Source of the DNA: a virus
Reading direction: 5' to 3' (one strand)
Virus genome (UHGV): UHGV-1366640
Length of the DNA: 64,000 bases
Shown: positions 57,596 to 64,000 of the stretch, in pieces
Layout: each line of letters opens with the position of its first letter
Numbering within the stretch: the first letter of the stretch is position 1
Notes under the pieces: generated by a model
Told to the model about the DNA's origin: nothing
The model's database searches: none
Seen by the model: the letters and a program-made list of their open reading frames with translations, nothing else
Position numbers and translations under genes: made by a program

Positions 57596-59113
57596 ATGAT
57601 ACAATTTGTTAATGGGAATAAAATAAAGATACCAAGAGATTATTCATCTATAGCATTAATAAAATACCGACTCACAAGAGTAGATCGCAGAACAGATCAA
57701 GTACAATGTGCGTATACACGAGATAAGAAGACAGAAGATATTTTCATTCATCGGGGAATGTTAAATATTTTCTTAAAGATGGGATTGATTAGATCCGAAG
57801 ATATTGATTGGATTTCAGATAAGAATAATCTTTGGAATTTTTCTAAACCATGCTATCCAGAAGACTTCTGGGACACGCTTCTTCCAAATATTAAGTTAAG
57901 ACCTGAACAGATTCTTGCTATTGTAAGATGTCTTGAATCCAAAAGAGGGTTGATTCAAGCAGCAACTGGAATGGGTAAGAGTATAATTATTTGTGCTCTT
58001 GTGAAGGCACTTGAGAGAATATTGGGAGAACTTCCGCCAATTTTGATTCTTGTACCAACAAGATATCTCGTTGAAGATATGGTTTCAAAAATGAACGGAT
58101 TTGGAATTCCAGCAGTTGATTATGCCGATTGTAGAGGAGATGTTTCTGGGGTTGTAGTCTGTCATCCAAAATCTATTTGTAACGATCTTGATTGTGAAAA
58201 GATAGATCTATCTGATGTTAAAATAATTATCAGTGATGAAGCTCATCATCTTCAATCACAAACATTCAGTCGAGTTTTTGAAGCTGCTGAAAATTCTGAA
58301 ATTGTTCTTGGGTTTTCAGCTTCAATGATAGATTCCTTTAAGTTACCAATTGAAACACATCTTGATAGATTAACAATTGATGAATTAAGAATGGTTTCTG
58401 TTACAGGGCAGATTTTATTAAATGTTCCAACTTCCTTTTACGCAGATGGAGATGTTCTTGCAAAATCTTGTGTTATTAGAATTTACCACAAGATAGAGGA
58501 GCCAGTAGATGATTTAAGAAATTGGCATCAATTGAGATCTATCCAATTAGAATCACAGGCTCGAACTCTTAAGATGGCACAAGTTGCAGCAATATTTTCA
58601 AAATTTGGTCTTAAGACATTGATTCTTGTAAATACACATGATCATGGATATCGCCTTCTTAAGATGCTATCAGATTATGGTCTCCGAGAGATATCTGCAT
58701 GTTCTTATGGAAGTTCGAAATTCTATCAGTATGATGAAGAAGGAACTCTTGTTCAACTTCCAAAGGATTCTATGGAAAAATTCAAAACAGGAGAATTGAA
58801 AATCTTAATTGGATCAAGTCATATTTATGAAGGTGTTGATATTCCCAATCTCGATTCAGTCATTATGGGAGTTGTTGGGAAGAGCTCAAGGAGAATTATT
58901 CAGGGTGTTGGTCGTTCTTTAAGAAGAACAAAGAATGGTAAATTCGCTTATATTGTAGATTTTACAGACAATGACAACGGAATTCTTGGATATCATTCTT
59001 CAAAGAGATCTCATATTTATAAAGAGATTATTGGTGTTTCTGAAGAGAACTACAAAGATGGCGTTAAGATTTCAGAATTACAAGATCTTCTTATGAAAAT
59101 TGAGAAAAATTGA
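57596..59113 (+). CDS. SF2 DEAH-box helicase (UvsW/RecG-like)
   Basis: Walker A TGMGKS; motif II IISDEAHHL; motif VI-like GVGRSLRR. Confidence 0.55.
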   Translation: MIQFVNGNKIKIPRDYSSIALIKYRLTRVDRRTDQVQCAYTRDKKTEDIFIHRGMLNIFLKMGLIRSEDIDWISDKNNLWNFSKPCYPEDFWDTLLPNIKLRPEQILAIVRCLESKRGLIQAATGMGKSIIICALVKALERILGELPPILILVPTRYLVEDMVSKMNGFGIPAVDYADCRGDVSGVVVCHPKSICNDLDCEKIDLSDVKIIISDEAHHLQSQTFSRVFEAAENSEIVLGFSASMIDSFKLPIETHLDRLTIDELRMVSVTGQILLNVPTSFYADGDVLAKSCVIRIYHKIEEPVDDLRNWHQLRSIQLESQARTLKMAQVAAIFSKFGLKTLILVNTHDHGYRLLKMLSDYGLREISACSYGSSKFYQYDEEGTLVQLPKDSMEKFKTGELKILIGSSHIYEGVDIPNLDSVIMGVVGKSSRRIIQGVGRSLRRTKNGKFAYIVDFTDNDNGILGYHSSKRSHIYKEIIGVSEENYKDGVKISELQDLLMKIEKN

Positions 59114-59150
59114 GAGTTTTGTACTTGTTATGAGCATTTATATTGTTGAA
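59111..59150 (+). promoter_or_regulatory. bipartite promoter-like motif TGAGAGTT-N15-GCATTTATATTGTTGAA
   Basis: The TGA of the motif is the helicase stop codon. Confidence 0.4.
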
Positions 59151-59183
59151 TGAAATACTACGCATTAGAAGGGGATATTCATA

Positions 59184-60518
59184 ATGAATGATGTTTCAAA
59201 AGAATTACAGAATTCAATTCTTGCTTCAATAATTAAAGATTCTTATTTATTTTCAAAAGTCAGTAATCTTATAGATTTTAGATTTTTTGATGACCCTGAA
59301 CTTCAATTAATCTACAACAAAACAAAGTATCACTTTACAAAATTTGGCGCTGTTCCTTCAGTGATGACTCTTCTCGATTATATCAACGATTCTGTAGATA
59401 CAGGATTGGATGTTGGTCTTGTTAAGGCTCATGTTTTAGAACTGTGGAAGCAAGCACCAGAACCGAAGGAATTCATCATTGAAAAGATTCTTTCTTTCGT
59501 TAGAGTTAGAAATATTCAGTCTGTGTTAGCAGATTATCTTCCAAAGATAAAAAATGGTGATGATGTTTCAATTGAAGCACTTGGCAAGAAATTGTCAGAA
59601 TCTATAAGTTTAGATGTAATAAGCAGTCAGGCTTTGACACTTTCAAATGTTGAAAGATTAACAGAAGAGAGAAAAATTGCTGTTGGAGATAATAGTAATC
59701 CTACGATCATAAAATCATGTTTACCTGAAATTAATCGAAGTCTCATGTTTGGTGGGTATAAGTGTGGGGATTTGGTAGCATACATAAGTCCTCCTGGAAC
59801 TGGTAAAACCATGACTCTTGTGAATGAAGGCTATGAAGCTGCACTTCAGGGATTTGAAGTGTTACATATATTTATAGGAGATATGAATAATTATGATGGA
59901 TGGATAAGATATGCTTCTAAAATCTCAAAACTTCCACAAAATACAATCGTAAGTATGTCAATCGATGATCAGGCAAAAGTTGTAAAAACTTATAATCTGT
60001 TAGGATTATTTGATAAGATAACAACGATTGCATATCCAGCAGAGTCGAAGACTGTTGGAGAGATGATTGGAGATGTATTAATGTTACAGACACAATTATC
60101 AAAACATTTTGATATGATCATCGTTGATTATCCAGACAATCTTGTAAGCGAGAGTGATAATATGTATAAATCAGGTGGTACGATATATAATCGTCTTTCT
60201 GGTTTTGGCTCAGAGAATAAGTCAGTCATTCTTGTTGCATGTCAGCCGAAACCTGCTTACTATAATTCAGAGATAATTCCGTTAGAAGGTGCGGCTGAAT
60301 CAAGTAAGAAACAGCAGAATCTTGATATAATGATATGTTTGGGAAAAGCTCATAGAGATTTTGACTGTCTAACTGGGTTTATTGCTAAGAATAGAAGGGG
60401 AGAAGTTGGTTCAGTGTTTCGTGTTAAAACAGATTTTTCATGTGCGGATCTTCATCAAATTTCTGAGATTGAATATCATCAGCTTCTTAATGATTATCAG
60501 GGGAGTCATAACACATGA
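59184..60518 (+). CDS. DnaB-family replicative helicase (gp41-like)
   Basis: N-terminal DnaB-like region (LQNSILASIIKD...). Walker A SPPGTGKTM; RecA-fold motifs. Confidence 0.6.
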   Translation: MNDVSKELQNSILASIIKDSYLFSKVSNLIDFRFFDDPELQLIYNKTKYHFTKFGAVPSVMTLLDYINDSVDTGLDVGLVKAHVLELWKQAPEPKEFIIEKILSFVRVRNIQSVLADYLPKIKNGDDVSIEALGKKLSESISLDVISSQALTLSNVERLTEERKIAVGDNSNPTIIKSCLPEINRSLMFGGYKCGDLVAYISPPGTGKTMTLVNEGYEAALQGFEVLHIFIGDMNNYDGWIRYASKISKLPQNTIVSMSIDDQAKVVKTYNLLGLFDKITTIAYPAESKTVGEMIGDVLMLQTQLSKHFDMIIVDYPDNLVSESDNMYKSGGTIYNRLSGFGSENKSVILVACQPKPAYYNSEIIPLEGAAESSKKQQNLDIMICLGKAHRDFDCLTGFIAKNRRGEVGSVFRVKTDFSCADLHQISEIEYHQLLNDYQGSHNT

Positions 60519-61456
60519 TTTCATATCAAATTGATTTGGCTTTTGGAAAAGATTATAAATGTTCTGGAGATGAAAGATTATATCATTGTCCGTTCTGTGA
60601 GAGATTGAATAAGAAACATACAGATAGAAAGTTGTATGTTAATCAAAAATCAGGTAAATATATTTGTTTTAGATGTGGCACAAGAGGTCAAGTTTCCTCA
60701 TCTTGTGATATAGGAGATCCTGTTAATTCTGATATGAACTCTGTGATTTCAGAGTTCTTAGAAGAATCCTTGAATATTGAAGAGGATGACAAGTTATTTC
60801 AAATTCCTGAATTTCTGGCAGCAGATTATCCAGGAAGTATTCCATATAACTATCTCATGAGTCGAGGAATTTCTGAAGATGATATGAGATTCTATTCAAT
60901 TCGAATATTCGGAGAAGGATCTATGAAAAACAGGGTGATAATCCCAAATCGTGTATATTATTCAAATTATACAGATTTCTATTCAGGTCGTGCAATAGGC
61001 AATCTTGCTTTTCCAAAATATTCAAATTCAAGTGGATCACATAAAAATGAAATTGTCTTCAATATAGATAATATCAAAGATAATACAGAGTATCTTATCA
61101 TAAATGAGGGAATGATCAATTCAATAATTTGTGGAAGAGATTGCTCTGTTGCACTTCTTGGAAAATCATATTCAGATATTCAACTTTCTCAGATTATGAA
61201 AAAGCATCCTAAGAAGATTTACATTTCATTAGATTTTGATGCAAAAGATCAAATTTATCGACTTGCAAGAAAATTATCAAAGATTTTACATAGAGATCAA
61301 AGTTTGTACATTATAGATCTTCCAGATGGACAAGATGCATCAAGTCTCGGAAAATCCTTATATTATGAAAAATATTTTTTGAATGCAAGAAAATATGAAA
61401 CAATGTTATCATATCAATTTGATAAGGCAATTTCTGATTTTGAAAGGAGCTGTTAA
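60515..61456 (+). CDS. DNA primase (zinc-ribbon + TOPRIM, gp61/DnaG-like)
   Basis: CPFCERLNKKHTDRKLYVNQKSGKYICFRCGTRG zinc finger; TOPRIM-like acidic motifs further downstream. Confidence 0.55.
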   Translation: MISYQIDLAFGKDYKCSGDERLYHCPFCERLNKKHTDRKLYVNQKSGKYICFRCGTRGQVSSSCDIGDPVNSDMNSVISEFLEESLNIEEDDKLFQIPEFLAADYPGSIPYNYLMSRGISEDDMRFYSIRIFGEGSMKNRVIIPNRVYYSNYTDFYSGRAIGNLAFPKYSNSSGSHKNEIVFNIDNIKDNTEYLIINEGMINSIICGRDCSVALLGKSYSDIQLSQIMKKHPKKIYISLDFDAKDQIYRLARKLSKILHRDQSLYIIDLPDGQDASSLGKSLYYEKYFLNARKYETMLSYQFDKAISDFERSC

Positions 61457-61460
61457 GCTG

Positions 61461-62192
61461 ATGAAGGCAGCATATCTATTCGTTGACCCAGAAATATCAG
61501 TAATGATATTGAAAGGAAAATTAAAAAATTGTAATGATGAGCATGTACTCAATCATCAAATAGATTTATACTTGAGATATCTTGCATATGATAAAATTTT
61601 TATTTCAATCCCAGAGAGTTGTTTATATTTGGTAAGAGAACAATTATCACAAGAGGATCATAAATTCGTGGAGGTATTTTCATATTCTGAGGAGCAGTCA
61701 CCTTTCTATAATTTAATGAGACTGCCTAATGAGATAAGTCTGCTAACAGTGATGGATCTGTCTTTGATAATAAAGCCTGAATCATTGAGAGCATATTGTC
61801 AAAGTATCGACTCTGGAGAGAGAGCTCTTATCGAGAGGATTTCTGAGGAACAGATTACAGAGTTTTCTTCATCAATTTTAATGTCACTTCATCCAACATT
61901 TGAAGGATATCAATTGTCAAGAAATTTTGGATTTGAGATATTAGATCATCCTCATACAGAGGAACTCTTGTTTAACATTATTCCAATATTGTCTCTTTCA
62001 GAGGAGAGAATTGATTATTATAAACAGCTCAAGTATCGAGAAAGAGAATTATTCGCTTATCAGATTTTTGACATGATTTCTACAATCTCTAATTGTGCAA
62101 TGATTGAGTATGATGCTAATGGTTCGATATATTTCAAAATATCAAATTTGTCAGATTTTTGGAAAATTTCAAAAGATTATCTAACAAAATGA
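61461..62192 (+). CDS. hypothetical protein (gp59-like helicase loader by position)
   Basis: ATG 61461 after GAAAGGAGC. Sits between the primase and the gp32-like SSB, as gene 59 does in T4. Confidence 0.3.
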   Translation: MKAAYLFVDPEISVMILKGKLKNCNDEHVLNHQIDLYLRYLAYDKIFISIPESCLYLVREQLSQEDHKFVEVFSYSEEQSPFYNLMRLPNEISLLTVMDLSLIIKPESLRAYCQSIDSGERALIERISEEQITEFSSSILMSLHPTFEGYQLSRNFGFEILDHPHTEELLFNIIPILSLSEERIDYYKQLKYRERELFAYQIFDMISTISNCAMIEYDANGSIYFKISNLSDFWKISKDYLTK

Positions 62193-62230
62193 GAGTTCTT
62201 TGAATAGATGTAGCGTTTATATTTATGTAA
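62190..62230 (+). promoter_or_regulatory. bipartite promoter-like motif TGAGAGTT-N15-GCGTTTATATTTATGTAA
   Basis: The TGA of the motif is the stop codon of the upstream gene. Confidence 0.45.
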
Positions 62231-62283
62231 GGAACCGTTGATGGTTCAGATAAAATTATTTAATTCTACTTGGAGGTTTTAGT

Positions 62284-63309
62284 ATGTTTGATTTATCGAA
62301 AGTTTTGGAAAATGCACAGTCAGTAACAGAGAAGTCAGCTGGAAATTCTGATCTTCCCAGAATATTGTATCCTGGAGATGGTTCAGTTTCAGTAAGACTT
62401 TTATTCAATCCTTCTTCAAATTCAGTAATGAGATTGATAAGAAGACACAAGACTGATAAGAATGAGAAGATTATTTGTGCTTCTCAGTATCATGAAGATT
62501 GTCCTCTGTGTAAAGCGATTGAAAATATTAATTCAATGACAGGAAATGATCTTTGGACATTGAAGAGCCGAGTTACAGGGATTGCATATGCTCAGTATAT
62601 TTCTTGTAGTCAGGGGTATGATTGGGGATCTTATGGAGCTCCTAAAGAAGGAGATCTTGTTGTACTTATGTTTCCTTGGAGTCTTTATAAGGAATTATCC
62701 GGTATTATCCAGAGATCCGGTGAACACGCAAATGAACTACTTACAACAGCTCAGGGTCGTGTAATTACAATTACAAGAGGAAAGGATGGATCAAGAGTTT
62801 CGTATAAAGCCGAGATTAATGCGTTTGCTCCCCTGTATGAATCCAGGTCGTCACAGGAAGAATTTGACAATTGGCTTGTTTCAATGGATAATCTTAATTC
62901 TGTAATTGTGCCGGAAATGATGCCATCTGACCTTCTTATGAAGCTTCAGATTGAAGCTGATTCCTTGATGGCAAGATATACAAAAGCATCACATATTTTC
63001 CCTGGAACAACTCCTATTCCCAACAACAATAATGTAGGAACAATGGTTGGAACAGTAGCAACTCCTGCTGCATCTCTTAATACAGAATCAGTTTCTGCTA
63101 ATCCTACAGTTGTACCTCAGGCAGATGCTACTTCAATTCCTCCTACTCCAACAAGTGAAACACCAACTGTTCAGCCAGCAGCTCCTGTTGCTGCTCCCTC
63201 TGCTGGAAAGGAATGTTTTGGTCATTTAGATATCAGTAAGAAAGAGTGTCTTCTCTGCTCTGATGCAATAAAATGTGAAAAATATCGTAGGGAACAAGCT
63301 GCAAAATAG
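62284..63309 (+). CDS. single-stranded DNA-binding protein (T4 gp32-like)
   Basis: N-terminus MFDLSKVLENAQ...GDGSVSVRLLFNP resembles gp32 MFKRKSTAEL...GNGQAVIRFLP. Zn-ligand pattern H...C-x7-C-x2-C (RRHK...ICASQYHEDCPLC). Confidence 0.5.
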   Translation: MFDLSKVLENAQSVTEKSAGNSDLPRILYPGDGSVSVRLLFNPSSNSVMRLIRRHKTDKNEKIICASQYHEDCPLCKAIENINSMTGNDLWTLKSRVTGIAYAQYISCSQGYDWGSYGAPKEGDLVVLMFPWSLYKELSGIIQRSGEHANELLTTAQGRVITITRGKDGSRVSYKAEINAFAPLYESRSSQEEFDNWLVSMDNLNSVIVPEMMPSDLLMKLQIEADSLMARYTKASHIFPGTTPIPNNNNVGTMVGTVATPAASLNTESVSANPTVVPQADATSIPPTPTSETPTVQPAAPVAAPSAGKECFGHLDISKKECLLCSDAIKCEKYRREQAAK

Positions 63310-63392
63310 GATGAATTTGATAATATTGAAGATAGCAAAAGAGTTCTTTAAGTCTGTTTGTTTTTATAAAATTAAATAGGGAGGAGACTTTA

Positions 63393-64000
63393 TGGATCTT
63401 AATGAAACAATGAATGTTCTGTTGAATGGAACTGAATTTGAGGTCATGACAAATTCCAAAGTTCTTACAACAAGAAAGAAAGTTAAAACTCCTATAGAAG
63501 CATTAAATTGCTTATTAGGAGGAGGTCTTCCTGTTGGTATAATTGCTCATATTTATGGAGAACCTCGAGGAGGAAAATCTACATTTTTCTATCAGGTGAT
63601 GGGTCTTTTTCAGAAACAATATCCTGATGGAATTTCAATAATCATTGATATGGAGAGCAGTGCTGACCCCGAGAGGTTAAAGATACTTGGTGTTGATGTT
63701 GATAGAGTTGTTAGACTTCCTGCTACATCAATCGAGAATGGATTTCTTGCGTTGCTCAAATTGATACAAAATAAGGAAGAGACTGATGCTTTGAAAGATG
63801 TTCCGATATTTGTAATCTGGGATACAATTTCAAAGGGTCTTGCTACTGATTCAACAATTCAGTCAAGAATGGCTGCAATGGATCGTGCTCGTGTAATTAA
63901 GGGATATATGAGTGAGATACAGAAACATATTGAGAAACAGGATTTTTTCTTGGGATTGATTAACCAAATAATCTATACAACAGATAAATATGGAAATCGT
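63393..64000 (+). CDS. RecA/UvsX-family recombinase (partial; runs off the window end)
   Basis: LGGGLPVGIIAHIYGEPRGGKST resembles RecA [24 protein letters not shown]. Confidence 0.55.

Overview
This AT-rich (~33% GC) window looks like a single block of a contractile-tailed dsDNA phage (myovirus-like) genome. Every credible gene is on the + strand. Strong AGGAGG-type Shine-Dalgarno sites with 7-10 nt spacers and frequent TTG/GTG starts point to a low-GC Firmicutes host. From the sequence, the modules are: (1) 0-10.2 kb, unknown, fibre-like and receptor-binding-like proteins plus a phosphodiester-glycosidase-like protein. (2) 10.8-17.6 kb, head module: portal, protease/scaffold, and a major capsid gene that appears to be interrupted by a ~1.3 kb group I intron carrying a free-standing homing endonuclease. 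(3) 17.6-25.6 kb, acidic internal-protein-like genes, a SWIM zinc-finger protein, an Ig-like decoration candidate and neck genes. (4) 25.6-45.9 kb, a P2-like tail module: sheath, tube, chaperones, a 1795-aa tape measure with an M23 peptidase domain, X/D/V/W/J/I-like baseplate genes and tail fibres. (5) 45.9-47.9 kb: amidase endolysin, an ECF-like sigma factor and a holin candidate. (6) 48.2-64 kb, a T4-like replication and recombination module: a GyrB-like topoisomerase II subunit interrupted by an HNH-type intein, a solitary MazF/PemK-like toxin gene, a GyrA-like subunit, a RusA resolvase, an SF2 helicase, a DnaB-like helicase, a primase, a gp32-like SSB and a partial UvsX/RecA. Two kinds of non-coding signal recur. 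One is a ~110-nt structured repeat present in three intergenic copies. The other is a bipartite ECF-like promoter motif, TGAGAGTT-N15-GCGTTTATAtTTGTGTAA, found upstream of many operons; I propose it is the target of the phage sigma factor. I saw no terminase, DNA polymerase, tRNA, CRISPR array or reverse transcriptase in this window. All functional calls rest on motifs I recognise by eye, without database searches.
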